Counted from the first letter of the stretch, positions 17,892 through 27,785 are shown. The stretch is 64,000 nt of DNA from an uncultured Hyphomicrobiales bacterium (GCA_964467455.1 CAYXQJ010000017.1:6520-70519); one strand, 5' to 3'. Numbers and translations are program-made. The notes: generated by a model not told the origin, from the letters alone.

Positions 17892-18313
17892 CAGCCGAAT
17901 CCTCGCATGAGTTGTTCAAGCAACGACTGGTGCAGCGGGTTCCGCATTTGCATTTGCTGAGTCGCCGATTGGAATCCTGTTCGCGGCTGGAATGGCGACG
18001 GGATCGCGGATACGAAGTTGTTCGGCAGCGGTGATGGCGAAGGTGAGGCCGGTGGAGCGGCAGGTGAAGGCGAGGCCATGCCACCAAAACTGCCCGCACC
18101 CGCCGGCTGCGCAGCACCGAACGAACTACCTGCCATCGGCGATCCAGAGGGCTGCATCATCCGGTTTCCATCGGCAAAGTATCCGCCCAAGCCCATCCTG
18201 CGGCCGGACGGTTGCGATCCGCTCATGTTGGCTGCCACTGTGGGCGCAGGCATGCCTTGCGCCGAGGGAGTCGGGGCAGCGGACAATCGCGAAAGAAAAT
18301 CACGGACGATCAT
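17891..18313 (-). CDS. Ala/Pro/Ser/Gly-rich small virion-module protein (140 aa)
   Basis: ATG at 18313-18311, 2 nt after the upstream stop. Confidence 0.5.
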   Translation of the reverse strand: MIVRDFLSRLSAAPTPSAQGMPAPTVAANMSGSQPSGRRMGLGGYFADGNRMMQPSGSPMAGSSFGAAQPAGAGSFGGMASPSPAAPPASPSPSPLPNNFVSAIPSPFQPRTGFQSATQQMQMRNPLHQSLLEQLMRGFG

Positions 18314-18315
18314 AG

Positions 18316-19491
18316 TTAGCTTCCGAGTTGTCCAAGGAGCGAGAACTGGGCGTTGAGCATTTCAATGAACTGTTGCACCTTCCGGTCCTGTGCTTCGGAG
18401 GCAGCGACCTGCGCTGCGAGGCGGAAGTTGGCGTTCTTGTCTTCGTAGTCGGAGAAGATCTGCTCGGCATTCGAAGCACCCGATGCGGCGCCCTGCAGGG
18501 CAGCATTCAACTGGTTGGCATAGATGGCTGGCGACGAACCACCGAATCCGGCGCCCGTCATCGAGTCGGCAATCTGCCGCTGGGCGCTGGCGGCTGACTG
18601 GGCAGATCGCGAGCGCGCCCGATTGGCTCGCATCTGCGCGGCCTCCTGCGTGAACGGTGAAGTGGTGTCGATTCCTACGCCACCGCCGCCGCCCAGGCCC
18701 AGTTGTGCCATCAAGTCTTTCGCAATGGCCGGGAAGTTTTCGTATTGGTTGATACCGAACTTGAACTTCTCTTGGAGAAGTTGCTGCTGGTAGCGATCGT
18801 TCTGGATTGCCTCGGCCTGCAGGCGAGCATTCTCCTGGGCGATGGCCAAGTCCTGTGCCATCTGTCGCGCCGATGTTTGGGCGCCAGTCGTCGTGTCAAT
18901 GAGCCCCTGCCCAGCAGCAAGTTGATCGGAGTACCACGGTTTGCCACTGTAGGTGGCACCCATCTGCCCACCACCGCCGCCCCCGGAGCCACTGAGCGAA
19001 ACACCTGTGAGCTGCCCGTTGTCAATCATGTTCGATTGATGGCGAAGGCCGGCATCCACCGGGCTCCCCTTCATGTTCATCGGATCGTTGAGCGAACCTG
19101 CTGTGGGACCAATGCCCATGCCGCCCGGACCGAGTGCCTGGAAGTTTTGTTGGTTGAAGAATGCGGCGAGTTGCGCCGCCTCGGCCGCCTGTGCGTTCTT
19201 GCCGTAGATGTCTCCGAGTCCGGACGAGGCCGGCTTGATCGGCTGCGACGAGACGGGGGTGATCGACGTAAGGTTGGGGATAAATCCACCACCGCTGTTA
19301 CCGATTCCGCTCCCGCTCACGCCGCCAGCGCCCTTGCTCTCGGATGGCATCTGCACGCCGGCCGTGATGTCCCAGCCGGCCAGGTTCGGCTTCGAGTAGT
19401 CGGGGGCAGCCTGGAAGGCATTGCCGCTGCCGGGGAAGGCGCTGGGTGCCGGATTGAAAAAGCTGGGGGCCGGGGTGTAGCCGTAAGCCAT
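18316..19491 (-). CDS. Gly-rich virion-module protein (391 aa)
   Basis: ATG at 19491-19489 with AGGAG 9 nt upstream. Gly-rich N-terminal half and coiled-coil-like Q/A-rich C-terminal half. Confidence 0.6.
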   Translation of the reverse strand: MAYGYTPAPSFFNPAPSAFPGSGNAFQAAPDYSKPNLAGWDITAGVQMPSESKGAGGVSGSGIGNSGGGFIPNLTSITPVSSQPIKPASSGLGDIYGKNAQAAEAAQLAAFFNQQNFQALGPGGMGIGPTAGSLNDPMNMKGSPVDAGLRHQSNMIDNGQLTGVSLSGSGGGGGGQMGATYSGKPWYSDQLAAGQGLIDTTTGAQTSARQMAQDLAIAQENARLQAEAIQNDRYQQQLLQEKFKFGINQYENFPAIAKDLMAQLGLGGGGGVGIDTTSPFTQEAAQMRANRARSRSAQSAASAQRQIADSMTGAGFGGSSPAIYANQLNAALQGAASGASNAEQIFSDYEDKNANFRLAAQVAASEAQDRKVQQFIEMLNAQFSLLGQLGS

Positions 19492-19502
19492 TGTCGTTGC
19501 TC

Positions 19503-20744
19503 CTAAGCCATCAGGCCGTGCCGTCGCAGCGCATCGCGAATTGCGTTTAGCTGTGTTTGGCAGGCAGAGAAGTTCGAATTTACCTTGGTTGGGTCGATAT
19601 TTCCTACACCACTGGCGTCAACGAGCGAGGTGGTACCCATGTCACTCGCCTGGGTCGTCGGGCTGACACCAAAGAACCCAACTGTACTGCCGTCGTGATT
19701 CAGTGCCCCGTCGATTTCGATTTCACCACCGCACGTCACCTTGCCCGTGAGTGTGCTCGTACTCGAAACGTCGAGTACGCCATTCAGGTCGAGCGTGGCA
19801 TTGATCTGTACGGTGTTGTCGAATCTCGCCGTGCCATCTACTTCGAAGTTGTTGGCAATCAGGAAATTGCCCGTGGTCAGGTGAAGCAGGTTGCTGGTAG
19901 TGAAATTCAGCACGCAATTCGTGCCGCCTGTGAGGAACGTCATGTTGTCGTTCGTGATGCGCACCTGGCTCGTGCCCAGGATGGCGATGTTCACGCCGTC
20001 GTCGGCATTGACGTTCAGGTTGCCGTCGGACGTGGACTGCAAGTAGATCGCCGAGTCGCGAAAGAATAGCTGGTTGTTATCGAGGATCGTGAGATCGCCG
20101 GGGATCGTCACGTCGTCATGCAAGAAGTCTTGGTTGATGAACTCGGCCCGGTGCGAGTCCACAGAGAGCTTCTGACTGAGGCTGATCCGCTCGCCCGTGT
20201 CGTTCTTGAACTCTCGCTCGCTGTTGACAGCATTCTGCGCCCGGAAGACGTACACCCAGCGGTTCGCCGGCACCTGATCGCCCGCGCCGGAGGGGTGTTT
20301 CGGCACGACACCAGTGAGTTGCACTGGATCGCCGTTGGTGCCATTCGGATAGACGTTCACCGTGTAGGTGGAACTGCCGCCATCGAAAGAGACGATTTGC
20401 CCGATCAGCACTGATCGCTGCCACCAGGATGTTGTGCGGGTGACTTTCCGATCGGCCACGCCCTGGGCGATGGCGCTCTCTCCGACAACCCCGGTGGTAC
20501 CAACTACGGCATCTGGCGTCGGCGCGTCGAGATCGATCACGGGGATATTGAGGCTGGCCTGGGACGGCACTTCGTAGAAGACGTTCGGAGTGCCAGAGGC
20601 AGCCACGGCCACGGCAATAGGGCCCGTTCGAGGCTCGGCATCACTGGCAAGGATCGAGAACAATTCCTGCGCCAGTCCGTCGATATTGCCTTCCCAGCTT
20701 TTGCGGGCGGCACGGTAGGCATTGGCTGCAAGGGTGGTGGTCAC
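19503..20744 (-). CDS. tail fibre or spike-like protein (413 aa)
   Basis: GTG start overlapping the upstream stop (GTGA). Beta-helix-like N/T/L-rich repeats (NLNVNADDGVNIAILG, NFTTSNLLHLTTGNFLI). C-terminal HDGSTVGFFGVSPTTQ motif, which as I recall is common in phage fibres. Confidence 0.6.
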   Translation of the reverse strand: MTTTLAANAYRAARKSWEGNIDGLAQELFSILASDAEPRTGPIAVAVAASGTPNVFYEVPSQASLNIPVIDLDAPTPDAVVGTTGVVGESAIAQGVADRKVTRTTSWWQRSVLIGQIVSFDGGSSTYTVNVYPNGTNGDPVQLTGVVPKHPSGAGDQVPANRWVYVFRAQNAVNSEREFKNDTGERISLSQKLSVDSHRAEFINQDFLHDDVTIPGDLTILDNNQLFFRDSAIYLQSTSDGNLNVNADDGVNIAILGTSQVRITNDNMTFLTGGTNCVLNFTTSNLLHLTTGNFLIANNFEVDGTARFDNTVQINATLDLNGVLDVSSTSTLTGKVTCGGEIEIDGALNHDGSTVGFFGVSPTTQASDMGTTSLVDASGVGNIDPTKVNSNFSACQTQLNAIRDALRRHGLMA

Positions 20745-22843
20745 TGCTTGCCCTCCTGCCGGCCATACTCCTCGACCCCCTCGACTTCGATGCGCGCGAT
20801 CCGCAGTTCATCCGGACTGGTGACACCACGCAGTTCGAGCGTCATCGTGTTCAAGTCGCCGCTATGAGGATCGCGCGTGCCGGATGCTCGAGCCTGCACG
20901 CGACCGTTGCCGCGATTCGTGAACGCTTCGAAGTCACCGTAAGACTCACGCACACGGCCAAGTACCAGTTCATCGTCCCGCAGTGGAGAGGAACCGTCGA
21001 ACCAGTTGGGTGCGGTGGCATAGTCAGGGATCCGGCGAATGTCGAACTGCCCTGGCCGCGGCGTCGGCTTAAAGTGAACGGCGATGTTCCGCGACACACC
21101 TTCGCTACGGCGCACCCAGTGCAAGCGGCGACTGCGCCACTTCCACGACACACCGCCGATCTGCACGATGCTCGTCGAGTCGGGGATGTTCCGCCACGGC
21201 TGGTCGAGGTAAATCTTGTAGCCTTCGATCTGCGTGATGATTCGCTGCTGGCCTTTGCCGCGGCCGCGCGTGATCGTAATCGGATACCCAAGCAGCCCGG
21301 CAGTAGGGAACTTCGTCGCCAAACCGTCGGAATTTGTTCCGCTGATCGTGACCGTAAGTCGGCTGGCCGTGGATACCTGCACCCGCGTGTCGCCGGCATC
21401 GGGATTTGGGCCATCGAGCGTGCCGCGCATCGCCCACACACGCTTGGCTGTGCCAGCAAACAGTGTGAGATCTTCCGTCTCACTGGCAACCGCCGAGGCC
21501 GGCACTGGGAACGGGTACTCCTCGAGCCACCACTGTTGCTTGATGAAGTCGAAGCAGAGGGCATGCCGCGGGAACTCGGACGATCCGAGCGAGATGAACC
21601 ACCGGATGATCTTCTCGCGGCGATTTGTGATCGCGTGGAAATAGGCAGCCGCCTCCCAGTTGACTCGCAATTCGCTGCCGAGGCTTTCCGCCCAGAACAT
21701 GTCGTCGAGCGGCGGCGTCAGCGGTTCGATTTGCTCGTTCTGGCCGAAGCGATAGATGCCTTGCGAGTCGAGCAGATACGACGCGCCGGCCTCGCGCACC
21801 CAGCATCGCTGGTTCACGCACCCGCGCAGTGCGACGAGGAATACGCCGCCGTCAGTAGGCACCGCGTTGTATGTCATCCGGTAGATGCCACGACGCTGCA
21901 GCACGTAGAGGTAGGTGCTGGCCACCATCAGACCGGTAACTTCGTCGCCGCTTTCGCCCACCTGCACGCCGTTGCGCGAGGGCCATGCGTCGGGCAGGGA
22001 GGCCTCTGACCAGTAGACGGTATTTCGTGCGGCGGCTTCGCTCTCGATCGTGTAGAGGGCGTATTTGCTCGTGGTCCCCGAGTAGTTACTGCTGAGGGTG
22101 AGGGTTTGATTGGCCTCGCTCACCGACGAAATCGTATAGTTCGGGTCGTGGCCGAAGTTGTGAAAGAACCGGCCGGCCATGTCAGTCGTCCAGGCCGTTC
22201 CAACCCCAGTGACGGTGGGCGAGCCGTTAGTGACTTCCGCGTGGCCGAGCTTGTAGGGCGCGTAGCCCCCCATGAATAGACGGCCCTGATGCGAGACGAC
22301 GATCGGCTTGTCCGAGCGAGGGAGATCGTAGCGATCCGAATAGGAGTTTCCGTCATCATCAAACAGCGGCACGGGCGGCTGGTTGCCCAGGTCGTCGTCC
22401 GACATGGTGAGCGTGGCGCTACCCGTCAGGCTGGCGACAAGGATTTCCTGCTCGACGTACAGCGTCAGTTCGTCGCCGTTCGTATTGCGGAGGATTTGCA
22501 GGGCAGCGACACGCGACGGGGCTGAGGTTGGCAAGCCCGAAATGTCGATTTCATCACTGGTAACGGTAATCGTTCCGGTAGCCGACTCCTTGAGGTTCGA
22601 CACGTAGCCATCGTCCGACAACCAGCGAATAAATACACGGTAGGAACCATTGGGATTACTTGCCCCGCCAGCAGCAAGCGTGAAGGCATCGGTCGGGGCC
22701 TCGACACCAACATCAACGACACCCCCCGAAATGCCGTTCCACTTCTTCACCTTGTTTCGCCCGTTGCAGATATACATAGAACCGTTGTCGTGACGCGCGA
22801 ACGACACGGGTGCGAATTCATCAATGCCGGAGTGGATCGACAT
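20741..22843 (-). CDS. virion structural protein (700 aa), possible tail or nozzle component
   Basis: Size and position next to fibre genes. No motif recognised with certainty. Confidence 0.6.
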   Translation of the reverse strand: MSIHSGIDEFAPVSFARHDNGSMYICNGRNKVKKWNGISGGVVDVGVEAPTDAFTLAAGGASNPNGSYRVFIRWLSDDGYVSNLKESATGTITVTSDEIDISGLPTSAPSRVAALQILRNTNGDELTLYVEQEILVASLTGSATLTMSDDDLGNQPPVPLFDDDGNSYSDRYDLPRSDKPIVVSHQGRLFMGGYAPYKLGHAEVTNGSPTVTGVGTAWTTDMAGRFFHNFGHDPNYTISSVSEANQTLTLSSNYSGTTSKYALYTIESEAAARNTVYWSEASLPDAWPSRNGVQVGESGDEVTGLMVASTYLYVLQRRGIYRMTYNAVPTDGGVFLVALRGCVNQRCWVREAGASYLLDSQGIYRFGQNEQIEPLTPPLDDMFWAESLGSELRVNWEAAAYFHAITNRREKIIRWFISLGSSEFPRHALCFDFIKQQWWLEEYPFPVPASAVASETEDLTLFAGTAKRVWAMRGTLDGPNPDAGDTRVQVSTASRLTVTISGTNSDGLATKFPTAGLLGYPITITRGRGKGQQRIITQIEGYKIYLDQPWRNIPDSTSIVQIGGVSWKWRSRRLHWVRRSEGVSRNIAVHFKPTPRPGQFDIRRIPDYATAPNWFDGSSPLRDDELVLGRVRESYGDFEAFTNRGNGRVQARASGTRDPHSGDLNTMTLELRGVTSPDELRIARIEVEGVEEYGRQEGKQ

Positions 22844-22846
22844 GGT

Positions 22847-23500
22847 TCACGGGGCCTGCGGGTTGCGGAGGCCGATAATCAAACCCTGATCCGTCTGGAT
22901 GAGCGCCGTGTTGCGCTCGAGGTTCGGGCGGAAATAACTGGCGGCGATCACCGTCCCGTCCATCTCGCCGGCCGGCTGGACTTCGAAGTAGCCGATACTA
23001 CTCCGCTGCGAAGAACTGAACGCCCAGCGGAATTGCAGGCAGAACAAGCCCGTCATGTTCCACTTGCCACCGCTTACCCAGCCGCCGGAACCCGTGGAAC
23101 CAGATAGTTCGAAGGTGTTGGCAGCAACATTGGCTACCCGCCAAACGCCGTTCGCGGCACCGTTGCCTACCACGCCCCAGATCGTGACTTCTTGCCCGTT
23201 GGCAAGCCCGTGGCTGGCGCTGGTAACGACAATGGGCGAGGCGTTCGTGGCGTTCGTGATCGTGCCGGAACGAATTCCAGCGCCGCGCCCGAGGCGAAGC
23301 AGATGCGAAAAGCGAGACGGCTGGCGGTAGAAATCACACAGCCCCATCTTCTTCGTCAGCAGCCGGTTGCTCGGAGAATCGGCATTCGAATAGAGATCGA
23401 AAGCTGGCGCTTCGTCTGGCGCAGTCGGCACGCCGGCCAGCGTCTTGATGCGAAGATCAAGGCGGAGTGGATCACCGAGCTTGAAGCGGCCAAAGTACAT
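22847..23500 (-). CDS. virion protein with FCCH-like beta domain, paralog 1
   Basis: ITNATNASPIVVTSASHGLANGQEVTIWGVVGNGAANGVWRVANVAANTFEL. The same module is found in the adjacent gene. Confidence 0.6.
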   Translation of the reverse strand: MYFGRFKLGDPLRLDLRIKTLAGVPTAPDEAPAFDLYSNADSPSNRLLTKKMGLCDFYRQPSRFSHLLRLGRGAGIRSGTITNATNASPIVVTSASHGLANGQEVTIWGVVGNGAANGVWRVANVAANTFELSGSTGSGGWVSGGKWNMTGLFCLQFRWAFSSSQRSSIGYFEVQPAGEMDGTVIAASYFRPNLERNTALIQTDQGLIIGLRNPQAP

Positions 23501-24028
23501 CTAGTCGATCCAGAATTTCTGACTCTGCGCGTTGTCCGTGCCCGAAAGCTGGTAGTTGAAGTCGATCTCGTAGGGGCCACCGGTGGTGAATCCGTTGGCA
23601 GCGGTGAGGGCCGGCGCAGCCTTGTAGGCGCCCGTCGTGTTCCACACGCCGCTGCCGCCGTAGGTGCCATTCCCCGTGCCGGCAAAGGTGAATTGCGTCG
23701 AGGATCCAACGGCCGTGATAACCTTCGTGCCGTTGACATTCGTATTGCCAGTGACACCCGAGATCGTCACTACCTGGCCGACGGCAAGCCCGTGCGCGCT
23801 CGACGTGGTGACAACGATCGGCGAGACACCGTTGCCCGTGCTGGTAGTGAGCGTGCCGCTGTGGTTCTTGCTGCAATTGCCACTGAGGATGCGCGTGCCG
23901 GCCCGGTAGATGTGGTAAGTCGGATCCGCATCGGCATTGATCGGCACGCCGGCCGACGTCAATACGACGAGTTGCGTCGTCAGAGTTTCCTCGAGTCGGG
24001 GGAAGCCGATGAACTGGGCCTGATCCAT
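23501..24028 (-). CDS. virion protein with FCCH-like beta domain, paralog 2
   Basis: GNGVSPIVVTTSSAHGLAVGQVVTISGVTGNTNVNGTKVITAVGSSTQFTF. TAGATG junction with the next gene. Confidence 0.6.
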   Translation of the reverse strand: MDQAQFIGFPRLEETLTTQLVVLTSAGVPINADADPTYHIYRAGTRILSGNCSKNHSGTLTTSTGNGVSPIVVTTSSAHGLAVGQVVTISGVTGNTNVNGTKVITAVGSSTQFTFAGTGNGTYGGSGVWNTTGAYKAAPALTAANGFTTGGPYEIDFNYQLSGTDNAQSQKFWID

Positions 24029-24032
24029 GACG

Positions 24033-24215
24033 CTATGCCTCGGAGTCGTAGGTGATCTCGCGCAGGCCTCGCCGCTGGGTCAGTTCGCCGAAGCGGCGGG
24101 CGTGGCAGTTGATTTGCATGCTGGCGTTCGACGGCGAGAGATCGTCGGGATCCATCGCGGAAACGAGTCCTTCAAAGCGGTCGATGATGAGCATGCTGGG
24201 GATTTCGGTGGCCAT
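24033..24215 (-). CDS. hypothetical protein (60 aa)
   Basis: TAATG overlap with the upstream gene. Fills the gap in the operon. Confidence 0.45.
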   Translation of the reverse strand: MATEIPSMLIIDRFEGLVSAMDPDDLSPSNASMQINCHARRFGELTQRRGLREITYDSEA

Positions 24216-25402
24216 TAGTCGTAACTCACCACGGGGTTATCCCAATGCCCCGAACCGCGATACCCACCACCACCCACCACTTGATGCTCGTGACTGCGGT
24301 TGTCGGCTTCGAAGGCCAGCCGCAGGGCTTCGCGATACTCTTGTGTGCGCAGTCGGCGCTCCGCCGCACGAGCCCTCTGTGACTCAGGATCGACGCCTGG
24401 GTTCCACGCGCGTAGGTACCCGTGCTGGGCCTCGCACAATCGCAGGAATGGATCGAGCATCACGGGGATGTCGAGATCGAGCGGATCGCTGATGAGGTAC
24501 TTCACGGCCGAACCGGACACCGGCATCACGGCGTCAACCGTCATGGAAGTTGCGCTGGCCACGTCCACCACGGTTCGCTGCAGAAAGTAGGGCTGAGTGC
24601 CATACATTCTCGACGGTTCACGAACGCCATCGGAGAAGCGGATGATCGCCCCTTCCATGTCGCTCGTCCAAGCGGTCCCGTTGCCAGTAATCGTGGCGGA
24701 CGACGACGTGAACGAAACGTCCCCCTTGCCGTGCCCCTCGAGTCGCATTGGCCGCGGCGTGCGGCGATACACGAAGTCGAGCACCTTCACGTCACTGGGG
24801 GGCGGGGCCAGTCGCAGCACCATGGCACCGAAGTATTCGGCCGAACCACTGATCGTGTAGACGCACGACTGCTGCGGCGATTGGTTGAAGGCGTTGTGCG
24901 CGAGCCATTCCTGCTCGCCCACCATCGTCGGCGAAAGCCCGCTGCCGAGATCGAGCAGTGAACCCATGCTGCCGAAGTCGATCGGGAGTTCATAGGCTTC
25001 GCGGAATAGCGAGTAGGTTTCGCCGGCCGCAATGTCGTCACCCGGATTTGAGCTTGGCGACAGGATGACCACCGTGTCGCTCGATCGCTCGGCCACCTGA
25101 TACCGAACATTGTCGATTAGCACATGCCCCAGGGCCGCCCATGATGGCCAGGTGCCGTCCGTAAGCTCGAGTTCGCGGGTTGAGTGGGTGTATTCAACCG
25201 TGCCGGTGCTGTACGCGGCGCTCGTGGTGATCCTCCCCACGGCCCGATAGTACGACCATAGCCGTTCGTTCGGCAGTTGCCGGTAAGCCGAGGCGATCGC
25301 GGAGCGCACCATCTCCCGCGCTCGATTGGTGTCACCTTGATCGGTGTCGAGCAGCAGGTGATCGAGAACATCCTTGAGCGTCCAGATCTCGGGAGTGGCC
25401 AC
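24215..25402 (-). CDS. virion structural protein, tandem paralog B (395 aa)
   Basis: GTG start. Collinear similarity to 25433..26629 (for example VKYLISDPLDLD versus VKYLISDPIDIE, and GTWPSWAALG versus GTWPTWAKYG). Confidence 0.65.
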   Translation of the reverse strand: MATPEIWTLKDVLDHLLLDTDQGDTNRAREMVRSAIASAYRQLPNERLWSYYRAVGRITTSAAYSTGTVEYTHSTRELELTDGTWPSWAALGHVLIDNVRYQVAERSSDTVVILSPSSNPGDDIAAGETYSLFREAYELPIDFGSMGSLLDLGSGLSPTMVGEQEWLAHNAFNQSPQQSCVYTISGSAEYFGAMVLRLAPPPSDVKVLDFVYRRTPRPMRLEGHGKGDVSFTSSSATITGNGTAWTSDMEGAIIRFSDGVREPSRMYGTQPYFLQRTVVDVASATSMTVDAVMPVSGSAVKYLISDPLDLDIPVMLDPFLRLCEAQHGYLRAWNPGVDPESQRARAAERRLRTQEYREALRLAFEADNRSHEHQVVGGGGYRGSGHWDNPVVSYD

Positions 25403-25432
25403 TGGTTTCTCTCAGGGAGAGGTGATCGCTGG

Positions 25433-26629
25433 CTACACACCACCACGGCCGGGGCCAGTCGGCATGTCGGCCGCACGCGGCAATTCGAGTCCTTGCTTCG
25501 TGTCTCGCAGGTATTGCAAGCAACGCTGATCGGCACGGATCGCCAGTTCGAGTGCTTCGGGATAGTTCGAGGCCGCGTCACTGGCCCGCGGATCGCGCAT
25601 GATCGTCGCGAAATGCTTCTCGGCCAGTCGCTCGAATGCCGTTTGCATGGCGCCGAGCTCGATGTCGATCGGATCGGAGATCAGATACTTCACGTCCGTC
25701 AGCGTTTCGGGGATCGTCGAGTCGGCAACGAGGGCCGTGGCGCTCGTGTAGGTAATAATCCGCCGTTCGTGAACGAAGCGGTTTTGCAGCATCATCCGTT
25801 CGTAGGCACGGTTATCCGAGTCGGCCGACCCCTGGCCGAAATCTTCGCCCGTCGGATTGATGCGGATGATCGAGCCGGCCATCGTGGACAAGAATGCCGT
25901 GTTCGTTCCGGTGATGTTGGCGCTGCCCGATGATGTCGTGACATACCCGCCGCGATACTCATGTAGTCGCAGATCTCGCGGCCGGCGCTTGTAGATGAAG
26001 TCGAGGTTGCCGGCGGCCGACGGATAGGGAGCAAATCGCACGACCATCCGCCCCGGTTCATCCAGATCGCCGAAGATCGAGTACACCTGGGGCGAGCCTG
26101 CCGCGTTGTGATCCTTGCGGGAAAGCAGGAAGTCCGTCGGCTTGATGTAGTCCATTCCCTGGGTGTTGTTGATCTCATACATGAGATCCATGGCCAGGAA
26201 ATCGGCCGGCAGTTGGTACGTGTCACGGTAGAGGGTGTAAGAAGTTCCACCCGCCACGTCAGCGCCAGGATTGCTCGTAGCGGTCAAGGTAAGCGTCGTG
26301 GTGGTCGGGTTGCTTTCCACTTCATACGACACGCCAGCAATGATGATCCGGCCGTACTTTGCCCAGGTTGGCCACGTACCGGCGGCGATGGTAACGAGTC
26401 GCTCGGCTGCACCACCCGTGTGGTCGTATGTGATCGTGCTGCTCGTCTGCGGCGCATCGAGCGCGATCCGATCCTGGCGCAAGAAGTAGCTCCAGGCGTA
26501 GGCGTTCGTTAGATCGCGATAGGCTTCTGCAACCGCCCGTCGCGCGCGGCGATTCGCCTCGGCGCTCGGGTCATTGCCGATGAAGTCGAGCAGGTGCGCC
26601 ACGCCGTCATGGACGGTGTAGTAAGCCAT
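25433..26629 (-). CDS. virion structural protein, tandem paralog A (398 aa)
   Basis: ATG at 26629-26627 with AAGGGGA upstream. Paralog of 24215..25402. Confidence 0.65.
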   Translation of the reverse strand: MAYYTVHDGVAHLLDFIGNDPSAEANRRARRAVAEAYRDLTNAYAWSYFLRQDRIALDAPQTSSTITYDHTGGAAERLVTIAAGTWPTWAKYGRIIIAGVSYEVESNPTTTTLTLTATSNPGADVAGGTSYTLYRDTYQLPADFLAMDLMYEINNTQGMDYIKPTDFLLSRKDHNAAGSPQVYSIFGDLDEPGRMVVRFAPYPSAAGNLDFIYKRRPRDLRLHEYRGGYVTTSSGSANITGTNTAFLSTMAGSIIRINPTGEDFGQGSADSDNRAYERMMLQNRFVHERRIITYTSATALVADSTIPETLTDVKYLISDPIDIELGAMQTAFERLAEKHFATIMRDPRASDAASNYPEALELAIRADQRCLQYLRDTKQGLELPRAADMPTGPGRGGV

Positions 26630-26656
26630 CGCGTTCCCCTTGGCGTGTGGGGTGGT

Positions 26657-26971
26657 TTACCGGCACTCGTCTCGCCGCCGGGGAAGTCCCGGGGCGGTGG
26701 TGTCGGTGCGATGGAGGGGCGATGAAGAAGGGGAGTCGGAACGACGTCGCGGGCTATCCGTGGATTCCACGCGGCCAGGGGCCGTCGCGGTCGCCGAATC
26801 CACTCGCCGATTGGGGGTCAGTGTACCCGAAATTCGCCCGGGGTAGTAAGGGCAAGGTGGCGTTTCCGGGGCGGTGTCGGGCGTGAGATCGAACGGCGCA
26901 AGGGGGAGCCAGAGCAGGAAATCGCTCTCGCCCACCGCGCCGTCGGCCGCCGGGAATAGGGCCAGCGTCAT
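26657..26971 (-). CDS. hypothetical protein (104 aa)
   Basis: ATGA overlap with the upstream stop at 26968-26971 (MTLALFPAADG). The Pro/Arg/Ser-rich C-terminus lowers confidence. Confidence 0.35.
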   Translation of the reverse strand: MTLALFPAADGAVGESDFLLWLPLAPFDLTPDTAPETPPCPYYPGRISGTLTPNRRVDSATATAPGRVESTDSPRRRSDSPSSSPLHRTDTTAPGLPRRRDECR

Positions 26972-27498
26972 GTGGCGGCCCCCTGGGTTTGGGTGCCGCC
27001 CGAGTCGGTGATCGTCTGGGTGGTGATGACGGTGCTGCCGTTGTCGGCGTACGTCTTGAGCGAACCACTGGCGAGATCGGTTTTCTTGAACCACCGGCGC
27101 CACTTCTGCACGATCATCTCGCGGATATTCGTCGCCGGACCCGTCGGTGCCGTGATCGGGAGATTGTCGAGGCCAGTGTCAGCCAGCGTTACGTTGTAGA
27201 GCGAGATCAGGTTCGTACCATCCCAGTGAACCACGCCATCACCGAGCCGATTGGCAGACTCGGCCACCGATCCGTAGTAGGCAACAATGCGGTAGATCCC
27301 GGCAGCAACCGCAGGGAAGTCGCCCTGATATTCACCGAGCGATCCCTTCTCAGTAAGCGCAATGTCGTAGGTTGCCAAGTCGCCCGTCGCGTAGGTGACG
27401 AACGTGGTACCGTTGTACACCTGCCCAGACTTGTTCCACAGAAGGAACCAGCCGGTGCCCTGCCCCTTGCGGCCTGAAACTTGGACTTCACCTGCCAT
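26968..27498 (-). CDS. virion-module hypothetical protein (176 aa)
   Basis: ATG at 27498-27496. Operon context. Confidence 0.6.
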   Translation of the reverse strand: MAGEVQVSGRKGQGTGWFLLWNKSGQVYNGTTFVTYATGDLATYDIALTEKGSLGEYQGDFPAVAAGIYRIVAYYGSVAESANRLGDGVVHWDGTNLISLYNVTLADTGLDNLPITAPTGPATNIREMIVQKWRRWFKKTDLASGSLKTYADNGSTVITTQTITDSGGTQTQGAAT

Positions 27499-27506
27499 CG
27501 TTCGAT

Positions 27507-27785
27507 CTACTCCGCGGGAATTTCCGGCGCTGGTGCGGGTGGTTGCTGCCCTTGCTGCCGCAATTGGTCACGATACGCGGCCTGCACGGTAGGACCGACG
27601 ATCATCTTGCCCCCTTCGGTACGTTCTACGGCCAGGCCTTGCACGAGCACGATGCCCCATTCATTGAGGAACGATTGCAGGACATTGTTGGCTGGCGGCC
27701 GAACCGTGGGGGCGGCGTCGGCCGGCTTGCCGTTGGCGGTGGCTGGGCGATTGGCGGATGCTGGTTGGGGGCTTCGGCGACTCAT
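27507..27785 (-). CDS. hypothetical protein (92 aa)
   Basis: ATGA overlap with the upstream stop at 27782-27785. Confidence 0.5.
   Translation of the reverse strand: MSRRSPQPASANRPATANGKPADAAPTVRPPANNVLQSFLNEWGIVLVQGLAVERTEGGKMIVGPTVQAAYRDQLRQQGQQPPAPAPEIPAE

Noticed and set aside
26657-27103. Full-length 148-aa ORF 26657..27103
   Set aside because: Its first 44 codons overlap 26968..27498 in another frame with Arg/His-rich nonsense. Only the ATGA-coupled part from 26971 was kept, at low confidence.
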